Positions 14,920 through 23,855 are shown, counted from the stretch's first letter. The stretch: DNA of 32,000 nucleotides from Patescibacteria group bacterium (GCA_041649575.1 JBAZMW010000001.1:1-32000); one strand, 5' to 3'. Numbers and translations: made by a program. Notes: generated from the sequence alone by a model not told the origin.

Positions 14920-16311
14920 CTACCGGTGAGCTCTGGCCATACGGCCTGGTTTCCGGTTCCGCGGCGGGAACTCGCGATGCAGCAATTCGTCGATTCGGTG
15001 CCGCAACGCCCAGCCCAAGTTGCCCATACGCGAGGCAATCTCTTGGAGATTGAACAGCTCGTCCGGTTCGTAGACCTGGTCGGCCATCCGGGCGCGTTGC
15101 TTGCTGGTCATGACTCGCAGCGGCTTGGTCAGCGAGTCCATTTCCGCGTAGGGATTGAACTGCGACAGAATCTGCCTTACCTCGCGGTCGGCGTGGACGT
15201 ATTTGGCCGCTTGACCACCCCAGGCCAACGAGCGGAAAGACTGGTCCACCACCCGCCAACGTTGAGGCAGTGACAGATCGGTGCGGTCCGGCTTGACGTC
15301 GAGCACGATGGGAATCTCCGGATGCTGGTGAAGCACAAACTTGATCCAGAAGCAGACTTCCCGCAGCGCCGCCAGATCAAGGTCGGGTACGCCGCCGCGT
15401 TGTCGGCCATTGAGGTGGACACAGGCCAGCCGACGCAGATAGGCAGCCAGCGCATAGGCCTTGATGAACAGCTCAAAGGCCATATCCTCGTGGGCCACTT
15501 CCGGGTTGGTCTTGAGAAGCACACACTTGGCGACTCGCGGCGGCAGAAGCCCTTGCATGATCCGCATGAAGAGCAGGGCTTCGGCCGTGGTGGCGATGAC
15601 GATTTCCCGAACCGGCTCAGTCGGCTTGGATTCCTCCGAAAGGACAAGCGGCTGCTCCGGCGTGGCTACTCCCAAATCACTGGCGTACGCGCCGACTTCA
15701 GCCCAATGACCCATGCGCCAAGACCAGGCCAAGTGCGGCGGCTTGAGCTCGGAGTCACCTTCCTCGCCCCCCGGCCAGCCGATGATTTCACGGACGCGGC
15801 TGTAGATCAGCTTAGTCGGCCAAAACGTGTTAGCCGTATTGATAGCCGCGGCCAGTTCGACAAGCTTGAAGCCCTTGACTAGCGCCGCTTGCCGGACAGC
15901 CTGGGCTATGTTGGTGGTGGCTCCGCCGACGAAACAGGGATCGGCGAACAGGTTGCAGGTGACGGCCTCGACGCAGATACCCATAGGCGCGGCAGCCCTA
16001 ACAAACGCCTCACCCGTTTCCACGATTTCCCGCCGTGACGACTTGAGAGAAAGGCTGAGGTCGCTGTCATGGAGCTGTGCAATCCTGATGTTGCGCCTGG
16101 CCATACCTTCCAAGACCCGGCTCACCATCTGTGACGCGAAGGACTTGTTCTGGAAGAGGTTGTGTCCGTCGGTCATCATACTCCAGATGCCCATGCCCCC
16201 GGTTTCACTGGTTTCGTCGTCCAGCACGAAGGGACGATTCTCCAGCTTTATTGCTACTCGCACCAGCCTATCGTCCCTTGAGGCTGGCGGCTTCTTTCCC
16301 GTTTTTTTCAT
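14920..16311 (-). CDS. Divergent xylose-isomerase-like (XylA-fold TIM barrel) protein, GC-rich
   Basis: LHDSDLSLS, VTCNLFADPCFVGGATTN, ESKPTEPVREI, LLKTNPEVAHEDMAFE, VHLNGRQRGGVPDLDL and VLDVKPDRTD mirror, in order, XylA motifs HDDDLIPFG, TTNLF.HPVFKDGGFT, EPKPNEPRGDI, VNPEVGHEQMAG, IDLNGQ...FDQDL, FDxKPxRTED. Confidence 0.7.
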   Translation of the reverse strand: MKKTGKKPPASRDDRLVRVAIKLENRPFVLDDETSETGGMGIWSMMTDGHNLFQNKSFASQMVSRVLEGMARRNIRIAQLHDSDLSLSLKSSRREIVETGEAFVRAAAPMGICVEAVTCNLFADPCFVGGATTNIAQAVRQAALVKGFKLVELAAAINTANTFWPTKLIYSRVREIIGWPGGEEGDSELKPPHLAWSWRMGHWAEVGAYASDLGVATPEQPLVLSEESKPTEPVREIVIATTAEALLFMRIMQGLLPPRVAKCVLLKTNPEVAHEDMAFELFIKAYALAAYLRRLACVHLNGRQRGGVPDLDLAALREVCFWIKFVLHQHPEIPIVLDVKPDRTDLSLPQRWRVVDQSFRSLAWGGQAAKYVHADREVRQILSQFNPYAEMDSLTKPLRVMTSKQRARMADQVYEPDELFNLQEIASRMGNLGWALRHRIDELLHREFPPRNRKPGRMARAHR

Positions 16312-16404
16312 GGCTCGTCCTTTCCATTAATTCGCACTTCCCAATGTTGCACAATGTTGTCCAAGGTCCGTCTCGCCAACAAACCAGTTGGTGAGTTTCA
16401 TTAC

Positions 16405-16432
16405 AGTATAGCAAAAAGAATATTTTTGTCAA
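16405..16432 (-). promoter_or_regulatory. Sigma70-type promoter of the 14920-16311 gene
   Basis: Minus strand TTGACA (16432-16427), 16-nt spacer, TATACT (16410-16405); SD-like GGAAAGGA before ATG. Confidence 0.85.
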
Positions 16433-16499
16433 TGCTTATTTAATGTTGTTTTTTAGAAAAAAAGCACATAGAAGAAAATTGCAGTTATAATAATTAGTC

Positions 16500-16703
16500 T
16501 TACTTTCTCTTTCTCTAGGAGAAAGAAAAAGCTAACAAAAAGAAAGAGTCGCGAGCTAAATGAAAATTTAGACAAAACAGGGTTGTTCTCGCTAATTTTA
16601 ATAACTCACAAAAGCCACCAGTAAACTGGTGGCTTTTGCTCAAACAAATTAAAATTTACGCTCGAACCCCGCCTGTTTTGTTGCTAAATTTTCATGCGCT
16701 CGC
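16500..16703. repeat. Long structured palindromic repeat, family 2 copy 1
   Basis: TTACTTTCTCTTTCTCTAGGAGAAAGAAAAAGCTAAC...CGCGAGCTAAATGAAAATTTAGACAAAACAGGG...CCTGTTTTGTTGCTAAATTTTCATGCGCTCGC; shared with 23670-23855. Confidence 0.9.
16610..16637. terminator. Perfect 28-bp palindrome (terminator-like) in the loop of repeat family 2 copy 1
   Basis: AAAAGCCACCAGT-AA-ACTGGTGGCTTTT; absent from copy 2. Confidence 0.75.
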
Positions 16704-16714
16704 AGAATTGGTTT

Positions 16715-17662
16715 TTAGATTAAACCAATAATTTTTTTAATTTCTTTAATATTGGCTTGGGCGATTTGGCTGGCCTTTTCCCGGCCTTCATCAATTATTT
16801 TCCAAACTTGTTTCGGGGTTTTTTTGAGCTGTGATTTTTTCTTTCGAAAATCGGCAAAATAAGCGGCGATACCAGCGGCAATAATTTTTTTGGTATCCGA
16901 CATTTTTTCAGGATTGAACTGGCCCGACATATTAGTCGCAAAAGCATCGTAAATAGCTTTGAGATTTTGCACTCCTGCCGGCGTGGTGACGGCCTTGGCC
17001 AGTTTTTGCGAGATTGTCTCCGGCTCCTCGTCGATGCCCAGCCAATGCTTGTCGCCAAGCGATTTGGACATCTTGCTTTCCGGGGAGATTAAGCTCATTA
17101 TTTTTGGCGTCTCTGTCAGTAGCGGCTTGCTCTCGGGAAAATAGTTAGTTTGGTATTTATTATTAAACCAACGGGCACAGTCGCGAGTGAGCTCGACGTG
17201 CTGGACCTGGTCCTGGCCGACCGGCACCAGCCCGCCCCTGTAGAGCAAGATGTCGGCGGCCTGGAGCACCGGATAATCAAACAGTCCCATGTTGACATTT
17301 TTGGCTTGGCGGCCGGCTTTGTCTTTGTATTGGGTCATGCGCTCCATTTCGGCCACTGGAGTGACCGTGTTGAAAATCCAGGCCAGCTCGGTGCACTCCG
17401 GCACTTGCGATTGAACAAAAAGAGTTGATTTGTCTGGGTCTAGCCCGGCGGCCAGATAGTCGCAGACAAGATTGAAAACCTGTTCGCGCTTGTCGGCCGG
17501 CGAGTAATTTTCGGTGATTGAGTGGTAGTCGGCGATAAAGAAAAAACAGTGATACCGGGCGCTATTTTGGATGTCGACCCAGTTTTTTAAGGCGCCTAAA
17601 TAATTGCCCAAATGAAGCGGGCCGCTGGGTTGTGTGCCGGAAACGACGACTGGTTTGGTCAT
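16715..17662 (-). CDS. trpS: Tryptophanyl-tRNA synthetase
   Basis: VVSGTQPSGPLHLGNYLGALKNWV, FIADYHSIT, LFVQSQVPECTELAWIFNTVTPVAEMERMTQ, KMSKSLGD. Confidence 0.97.
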   Translation of the reverse strand: MTKPVVVSGTQPSGPLHLGNYLGALKNWVDIQNSARYHCFFFIADYHSITENYSPADKREQVFNLVCDYLAAGLDPDKSTLFVQSQVPECTELAWIFNTVTPVAEMERMTQYKDKAGRQAKNVNMGLFDYPVLQAADILLYRGGLVPVGQDQVQHVELTRDCARWFNNKYQTNYFPESKPLLTETPKIMSLISPESKMSKSLGDKHWLGIDEEPETISQKLAKAVTTPAGVQNLKAIYDAFATNMSGQFNPEKMSDTKKIIAAGIAAYFADFRKKKSQLKKTPKQVWKIIDEGREKASQIAQANIKEIKKIIGLI

Positions 17663-17718
17663 AAAAATTTGAATAATTTTATGATTTTATTTTAACAAGA
17701 CAATTCTAAAAGATCAAT

Positions 17719-19629
17719 TTACACCTCTATGATCACCGGCAGAATCATCGGCCGCTTCTCGGTCTTTTGGTATAAGAATTTGCCGATCTCGTTTCGGATT
17801 TTGTCTTTCAGATACTGGTCGTCGGGCGCGGTTTTGGCATTTTCGTCTTTGATTATCTTCTTGACTTTGGCTCTAGTCATTTCAATCAGCTTCTTGTTTT
17901 CTTTCAGGTAGACGAAGCCGCGAGAAATCAAGTCGGGATTGTGAATCAAGTTGCCGGTCTTGGCGTCAATCGTGGCGATAACTACCAGCATGCCGTCGGC
18001 GGCCATCATTTGTCGGTCGCGCAGAACCACATTATTGCTGTCGGTAATGCCCAAACCGTCGACAAAGACATAATCGGTAACCGCTTTGTTTCCGGCGAGC
18101 TTGGCGCCTTTTTTGGAAAATTCCATAATACTGCCATTATCGGGGACAAAAATACGGTTGCTGTCGAAACCTATTTCTTTGGCCAGTTTGGCCGCCTCTT
18201 TGAGCATGTAATGATTGGCGTAAACCGGAATAAAGTAATCCGGCTTGATGGTCTTGAGCATATGGACAATATCCTTTTGGTTGCCATGACCCGAAACGTG
18301 GATATCCATAATATGGCCATGAATGACATTGTCGCATTGGCGATAAAGATTGTCTTTCAGGCGTTGGATAGTCCTTTCGTTTCCGGGAATAATGGAGGAA
18401 GAAAGAATAACAGTGTCGTTTTTTCTTAATTTTAAATAACGGTGGCTGCCATCGATAATTCTGGAAAGAACGGCATTACCCTCGCCTTGCGCGCCAGTAC
18501 AGAGAACAATAACTTTGTTTTCCGGATAGTCGTCAATGCCCTCGATTTTTATCAAAGTGTTTTTGGCGGCCTTGATGTAGCCCAGGCGCTGGGCGATTTC
18601 CACGTTTACTTTCATACTATAGCCGTCGAGAGCCACTTTTTTGCCGAGTTTTTCGGCAATACCTATAATCCAACCGATTCTTTCCGTTTGCGAGGAGAAA
18701 GTGCCAATAACTATCCGGCCGGGGGCTTCGGTAATCAACTTGGTGAGATTCTTTTTCATTTCCTGGCTGGTGGCGCTCTCGCGGACATCAACCGCTCCCA
18801 GCGATTCCAGCATCAAAACCTTGGGTCGGGGCAGTTTGGCTAAAAAAGAATAATCAATTAAAGGCCGGCCGTGTTCGTCTTTTTCCATCGTCCAGTCACC
18901 GGGATGGATGACAGTGGCGACAGGAGTCTTTAGGATAACGCCCATTGCATCCATAATAGAGTGTTCGATTTGGAAAAAGCCAACTCTAAAGGCCCCAAGT
19001 TTTATTTGCTCCCGAATGTTTTTGATGGTGATGGTTTTCAGTTTTTTGCCGCTGTCTTTTTGGTAATCCTCTTGGCGGTGGCGGACCATGGCCAAGGTGA
19101 GATCGCGTCCGATAATTGGCGGATTGCCCAATTTTTCCAAAAGAATCGGAGCGGCGCCGATGTGATCCAGGTGGCCGTGAGAGAAAATCACGCCACGAAT
19201 GTTTTTTTCCTTGCCCTTGAGATAATTAATATTGGGAATAATGTAATCGATGCCTGGCATATCCTCTTCGGGGAACTGGGTGCCCATATCGAGAATAATA
19301 ATGTCCTGGCCATATTCGAAAACTGTCATATTCCGACCCACCTCTTCGCAACCGCCAATGGGAATAATTTTTAAAACCGTTTGACGGTTGTCCAGGGCAA
19401 CTTTGGGAGTAAATTTTTTTCGGGAATCGGCTTTGGCCACTTGTCCGGCTGGCCGGTTTGAGAATAACAAAGGATCATGGCCAGCAAGAAGACCGCCAGC
19501 TTGGTTTTTTCTGCCCTCCAAGCCAACCATCTTTTTGTTTCTGAAGTTGTTTTGTCTGCGATTAGTGTTTGGTCGGTAATTTTTTCTTTTATTGCCCGCC
19601 GACCGACGAGCGTAGCTGTCTTTTTCCAT
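17719..19629 (-). CDS. rnj: Ribonuclease J with basic N-terminal extension
   Basis: IIPIGGCEEVGRNMTVFEYG, FSHGHLDHIGAAP, IEHSIMDAMGV, GTFSSQTERI, HVSGHGNQKDI; metallo-beta-lactamase/beta-CASP. Confidence 0.95.
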   Translation of the reverse strand: MEKDSYARRSAGNKRKNYRPNTNRRQNNFRNKKMVGLEGRKNQAGGLLAGHDPLLFSNRPAGQVAKADSRKKFTPKVALDNRQTVLKIIPIGGCEEVGRNMTVFEYGQDIIILDMGTQFPEEDMPGIDYIIPNINYLKGKEKNIRGVIFSHGHLDHIGAAPILLEKLGNPPIIGRDLTLAMVRHRQEDYQKDSGKKLKTITIKNIREQIKLGAFRVGFFQIEHSIMDAMGVILKTPVATVIHPGDWTMEKDEHGRPLIDYSFLAKLPRPKVLMLESLGAVDVRESATSQEMKKNLTKLITEAPGRIVIGTFSSQTERIGWIIGIAEKLGKKVALDGYSMKVNVEIAQRLGYIKAAKNTLIKIEGIDDYPENKVIVLCTGAQGEGNAVLSRIIDGSHRYLKLRKNDTVILSSSIIPGNERTIQRLKDNLYRQCDNVIHGHIMDIHVSGHGNQKDIVHMLKTIKPDYFIPVYANHYMLKEAAKLAKEIGFDSNRIFVPDNGSIMEFSKKGAKLAGNKAVTDYVFVDGLGITDSNNVVLRDRQMMAADGMLVVIATIDAKTGNLIHNPDLISRGFVYLKENKKLIEMTRAKVKKIIKDENAKTAPDDQYLKDKIRNEIGKFLYQKTEKRPMILPVIIEV

Positions 19630-19689
19630 GTAAGTTAAATTAATTTAATAAAGGTTTTCGGCCAGTTGGGCCAAAGGAGAAAGAAATTG

Positions 19690-19773
19690 TGCCGACGGAG
19701 AGATTTGAACTCTCACGACCTTGCGGCCACACGGCTCTGAACCGTGCGTGTCTACCAGTTCCACCACGTCGGC
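19690..19773 (-). tRNA. tRNA-Leu, anticodon CAG (CCA not encoded)
   Basis: Minus strand GCCGACGTGGTGGAACTGGTAGACACGCACGGTTCAGAGCCGTGTGGCCGCAAGGTCGTGAGAGTTCAAATCTCTCCGTCGGCA; 7-bp acceptor, anticodon loop TTCAGAG, long variable arm. Confidence 0.96.
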
Positions 19774-19855
19774 TAACTAATAATTTTTTGTAATTTGGCT
19801 GCGTTAGTTCCTGATTATGAAGTCTACTAGTTCTCCGCCTCGGCGTTTGAAATTT

Positions 19856-21685
19856 TTATTTCCAAACTCTTTTGGTATTTAGATACCACTTGTCGAGATT
19901 GGCAAAACGGTCAGCCGGAACGGCAATGCTTAAAGTGTCAAAACCTTTGATTTTTTGAGTTTGGGGATAATTGTAAGTGGGGTTATAAAGAAAGATGGCC
20001 GGTAGCTGTTCGGCAATGATTTTCTGGAATTTTAAGTAGTCGTTTTTTCTTTTTTCCCAGTCATTGGTTTTTCGAGCTTCCTCCAGTAGTTTGTCGGCTT
20101 CTTTGTTGGAAAAAATGGCCAAGTTCAAGCCGGGGTATTCGCTTTGTGAAGAGTGCCAGAAAGGGAAAGGATCGGGATCGGAGCCGAGATTTTCACCAAA
20201 AAGAAGAGCTTCATAGTCTCGCGGCTTGATCACGTCTTGCAGGATTTTAGCTTTGTCAACGATTTTTAGGTTGACCTTTACGCCCAGTTGTTCCCAAGAG
20301 CTTTTAATGATCTCGGCGATTTTGATGTTTTCCGGTTGGTCGACGGTGGTGAGGGACACTTCCAAATAATAATCTTTTTTCTTTCTGACCTGGTTGGTCA
20401 GCCCTTCGGGTGTGGTGGTAGCGGCCAAGCTCCAGCCATTTTTTTCCAATAGATTTGCCGCGGCTTGAGGATCATAGTCGTATTTTTTAATGTCGGTGTT
20501 GCTTTCGATGCCGGGCAGCGTCGGACCGTCGATGATTTTGCCCTCCTGGGCGAAAGCCTCCTGGATAATTTTTTGTTTGTTAGTACCCAGAGCCAGAGCT
20601 TGTCTCAAGTAATCAGCCTTGAGTAATTCATTTTTTCTTTGGTTGAAAAAAATGGCGGTATACTGCGGCTGTTCCAGTTCATGATGGTTCAGATTTTTGT
20701 ATTTTTCCAGTTCGTTTTGATATTCCTTGGGCAAGTAGGCAAGGGCCATCACTTCTTTGTTTTTTAAGGCTTCGACGCCGGAAACATAATCGCCGTAAAA
20801 TTTAAAAATTATTTTATCCAGATAGGGCCGATCGCCATAGTAGTTCTGGTTTTTGGCTAGAGTATAGGATTTAATGACGCCAGCCTTATCTTTTTTGAAG
20901 CTATTAAATTCCCAAGGACCGGTGCCGATTGGTTTTTTGTTTAACTCATTTAAATCAGCATTGGCCGGCAAAATACTATACCACAAGTGTTCAGGCAGGA
21001 TGCCAAAAGTCAAGAGTCCCAAAAAAGGCGCAAAAGGTTCTGCCAGGGTTATTTTTACCGTAAAGTCGTTGATTTTTTCGGCGCGGACGCCGCGAAAACT
21101 GCGGGAGAGCGGGCTTTTAAAAGCAGGGTCTTGAATCGAGGCTATGGTAAAAATCACGTCGTCGGCGGTAAAAGGACTGTCATCGTGCCACTTAACGCCC
21201 TCTTTCAAATAGAAAGTATAAGTCAATTGATCTTCGGAGACTTCGTAGCTTTTGGCCAGATCGGTGACCAGCTGGCGATTTCGGTCGTATTTGAGCAATC
21301 CGGAAAAAATCAGGCGGGACAAATCGCGGTCAACATCGGACTGGGTAAGAATGGGATTGACGAAAATCGGCGAACCGATCAAGCCTTCGGTATATTCGCC
21401 GCCAGCTCTGGCCACGGTCGTGGTCGCTAGGTAATAAGTTTTAAAGATTAGAATCAACAAACAAATTACAATGACACTCAAGAGGAGTTTGGCCAGTTTT
21501 TTTTCTTTGGCGTTAATAATTTTGGGTAAATGTTTGATTTGTCGCCAGCGCGGCAATTTTGATTTATTCAAAGAGCTCACCAGGTTTTTGTCCAATTGGT
21601 GTTGTTGTCGAAATTTTTTTATTTTTTTGGTTTGCTGAGAAAAAAGTCCAGCGAGGGCTTTTCCCCAGGAAGATAAAAAACTCAC
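19856..21685 (-). CDS. Extracellular solute-binding protein family 5 (peptide/oligopeptide type), TM-anchored
   Basis: EGLIGSPIFVNPILTQSDVDRDLSRLIFSGLLKYD, YTFYLKEGVKWHDDSPFTADDVIFTI, GTGPWEF; TM segment after about 65 basic residues. Confidence 0.9.
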   Translation of the reverse strand: MSFLSSWGKALAGLFSQQTKKIKKFRQQHQLDKNLVSSLNKSKLPRWRQIKHLPKIINAKEKKLAKLLLSVIVICLLILIFKTYYLATTTVARAGGEYTEGLIGSPIFVNPILTQSDVDRDLSRLIFSGLLKYDRNRQLVTDLAKSYEVSEDQLTYTFYLKEGVKWHDDSPFTADDVIFTIASIQDPAFKSPLSRSFRGVRAEKINDFTVKITLAEPFAPFLGLLTFGILPEHLWYSILPANADLNELNKKPIGTGPWEFNSFKKDKAGVIKSYTLAKNQNYYGDRPYLDKIIFKFYGDYVSGVEALKNKEVMALAYLPKEYQNELEKYKNLNHHELEQPQYTAIFFNQRKNELLKADYLRQALALGTNKQKIIQEAFAQEGKIIDGPTLPGIESNTDIKKYDYDPQAAANLLEKNGWSLAATTTPEGLTNQVRKKKDYYLEVSLTTVDQPENIKIAEIIKSSWEQLGVKVNLKIVDKAKILQDVIKPRDYEALLFGENLGSDPDPFPFWHSSQSEYPGLNLAIFSNKEADKLLEEARKTNDWEKRKNDYLKFQKIIAEQLPAIFLYNPTYNYPQTQKIKGFDTLSIAVPADRFANLDKWYLNTKRVWK

Positions 21686-21700
21686 AGGAGTGATTGCCGA

Positions 21701-21910
21701 TTAATATAGTATATTAATGAAAGCAGTGATGAAAAAGATGATAGCCAGGACAATGGTGGCCTGAAAAAGGACTTTTTCGAAGCTGCGGCGAGCGCGGTAA
21801 ACATTGCCTTCTCCGCCGAAAGCGGCACCCAGGCCAGAGCCTCGGTTTTGCAGAAGAATGGTAATCATTAAAATAACCGCGGAAACGATTTGAATAATAT
21901 CGATAATCAT
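21701..21910 (-). CDS. secG: Preprotein translocase subunit SecG
   Basis: 69 aa, two TM; VLMITILLQNRGSGLGAAFGGEGNVYRARRSFEKVL. Confidence 0.9.
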   Translation of the reverse strand: MIIDIIQIVSAVILMITILLQNRGSGLGAAFGGEGNVYRARRSFEKVLFQATIVLAIIFFITAFINILY

Positions 21911-22075
21911 AAAGATATAAGAGAATTAAGCCTTGGATTTATTTTATCATACTCCAGAGATTTAGTCAATGGCATTACTGGGTTAACTGTGTTATAATTT
22001 AAAATAAGCGTAATTTTTAAGCCCGCGCGGGTTTTATTTGACCGGGTTTGGCGATTAATCTATAAATTCGAATTA

Positions 22076-22822
22076 ATGGATAATAATAATTATCGGAATT
22101 CTTATCCAGTTCCGTCTCCAGCTTGGTATCGAAAAAAATGGGGCCGGATTGTTATTTTATTTTTACTGGTATTTTTGATATTGATTATCTTGGCCAGCCT
22201 TCTTTTTTCCAGTTTATTCAAACAATCAAAAAAGGATCAGTTGGCGACTTTGGGGGAAGAAATTTTTCAGGAAGAGACCAAAAGTCCCGAAAGGTTATTG
22301 GCAGAAAAAGCGGAGGCCCCTTTCTGGGGCAATCAGCAAGCCGGACTGGTGATTGTGGAGTTTGCCGATTTTCAATGCCCCTATTGCCGAGATGAATTTC
22401 CGATTATCAGGGAGGTTTCGCTAAAATACAAAAATGATATCTTATATATCTACCGCCAGTTTCCGGTTTTTGAAAATTCCCTGCTATTGTCGCAGTCTAC
22501 TTTGTGCGCCAACGAGCAGGGAAAATTCTGGCAGCTTCATGACAAGTTTTTTTTATATAAGTGGCAGGAAGTGACCGGAGATGTTATCAAAAATCTGGCT
22601 CGGCAAGCGGGGCTTGATTTACAAAAATTTGATGAATGTATAAAATCAGAGAAGTATCGCGAGGCGGTTTTACAAGACGCCAGCGACGCCCAGAAATTGG
22701 GCGTTAGCGGCACGCCGACTTTTTTCATCAACGGCCACCTGCTAGCGGGAGTGATTACCAAGGAACAATGGGAGAAGATTATCGGCGAATATAAAAGATT
22801 GACAGAAAAAACAGTTGATTAA
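22076..22822 (+). CDS. DsbA-like thioredoxin-fold protein, membrane-anchored
   Basis: N-terminal TM; VEFADFQCPYCRDEFPIIREV (CPYC) and VSGTPTFFINGHLLAG (cis-Pro). Confidence 0.92.
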   Translation: MDNNNYRNSYPVPSPAWYRKKWGRIVILFLLVFLILIILASLLFSSLFKQSKKDQLATLGEEIFQEETKSPERLLAEKAEAPFWGNQQAGLVIVEFADFQCPYCRDEFPIIREVSLKYKNDILYIYRQFPVFENSLLLSQSTLCANEQGKFWQLHDKFFLYKWQEVTGDVIKNLARQAGLDLQKFDECIKSEKYREAVLQDASDAQKLGVSGTPTFFINGHLLAGVITKEQWEKIIGEYKRLTEKTVD

Positions 22823-22836
22823 AATTGTTAAGATTT

Positions 22837-23379
22837 ATGATAGAAACGCGCATTCACGGCCGCGGCGGCCAAGGCTCGGTGACGCTGGCCGAACTGCTGG
22901 CGGTAGCCGCCTTTAATAGCGGAAAATTTGCCCAGGCTTTTCCTAATTTTGGCGTTGAGCGTCGCGGGGCGCCGGTGGAGGCCTATGTGCGATTTGATGA
23001 TAAATTTATCCGTTTGCGCAGCCAGGTGTACTCTCCCGATTATGTGATCATTCAAGACCCGACCCTCTTGACCAACGAAAATTTGTTGGCCAATTTGAAG
23101 CCGGGCGCGGTGGTTTTGTTAAATAGTAAAGATGACGCTTCCGGCTTGAGGTTGCCCCCGGGCGTAAAAGTCAGGACCATCTACGCCACGGAGTTAGCTT
23201 TAAAAATTATTGGCAAGCCGATAATTAATACGATTTTGCTGGGCGCTTTTGCTGGGCTGACAAAATTAATAAAAATGTCGGCGATTGAAAGGGCGATTAA
23301 AGAAAGATTTGAGGGAGAAGTGGCAGAAAAAAATATTCTAGCGGCCAAAAAAGGGTTCGAAGTAATAAATAGTATTTAA
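22837..23379 (+). CDS. porC: Pyruvate/2-oxoacid:ferredoxin oxidoreductase gamma subunit
   Basis: ETRIHGRGGQGSVTLAELLAVAA...PNFGVERRGAPVEAYVR. ATG at 22837 preferred over the tracked upstream TTG. Confidence 0.9.
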   Translation: MIETRIHGRGGQGSVTLAELLAVAAFNSGKFAQAFPNFGVERRGAPVEAYVRFDDKFIRLRSQVYSPDYVIIQDPTLLTNENLLANLKPGAVVLLNSKDDASGLRLPPGVKVRTIYATELALKIIGKPIINTILLGAFAGLTKLIKMSAIERAIKERFEGEVAEKNILAAKKGFEVINSI

Positions 23380-23387
23380 CAGGGTAA

Positions 23388-23663
23388 ATGAAAATAGTTT
23401 TAGCTGCAAAACCAGGTACGACAATTCAAGTCAAAACCGGCAGTTGGCGCGAGCGTCACTGGCCGGAGATTGATCATGAGAAATGCATTGGTTGCGCTCT
23501 GTGTGAAAAAGTTTGTCCCGAGGGCATTTGTTTTTCTACTGGCGAAAAAAACAAAGCCGACAAGATTTTTTTTGAAAAAGATTTGGACTATTGCAAGGGT
23601 TGCGGTCTGTGCGCCGAGGTCTGCCCGGTGAAGGCGATTAGGATGAGGGAGGAGGGGAAGTAG
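23388..23663 (+). CDS. porD: Pyruvate/2-oxoacid:ferredoxin oxidoreductase delta subunit (2x[4Fe-4S] ferredoxin)
   Basis: CIGCALCEKVCPEG and CKGCGLCAEVCPVKAI. Confidence 0.93.
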   Translation: MKIVLAAKPGTTIQVKTGSWRERHWPEIDHEKCIGCALCEKVCPEGICFSTGEKNKADKIFFEKDLDYCKGCGLCAEVCPVKAIRMREEGK

Positions 23664-23669
23664 ATTGGC

Positions 23670-23855
23670 TTTACTTTTTCTTTTCTAGAAAAGAAAAAGC
23701 TAACAAAAAGAAAAGTCGCGAGCTAACATGAAAATTTAGACAAAACAGGGTCGTTCTCGCTAATTTTAATAACTCGCTCACTAACGTTCGCTCAAACAAA
23801 TTAAAATTAACGCTCGAATTCCGCCCGTTTTGTTGCTAAGTTTTCATAGGCTCGC
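23670..23855. repeat. Long structured palindromic repeat, family 2 copy 2
   Basis: Contains perfect 26-bp palindrome CTTTTTCTTTTCTAGAAAAGAAAAAG (23674-23699) and long imperfect inverted arms GCGAGCTAACATGAAAATTTAGACAAAACAGGG / CCCGTTTTGTTGCTAAGTTTTCATAGGCTCGC. Confidence 0.9.

Noticed and set aside
17729-19579. Plus-strand and extra minus-strand ORFs over RNase J
   Set aside because: Shadow ORFs opposite or overlapping a long, well-conserved coding sequence; no family motifs. The same applies to shadow ORFs over ychF, trpS, elp3, uvrA and the GC-rich 14920-16311 gene.
19690-19773. tRNA-Leu as an integration site for a mobile element
   Set aside because: No integrase gene and no duplicated tRNA 3' fragment were seen nearby.
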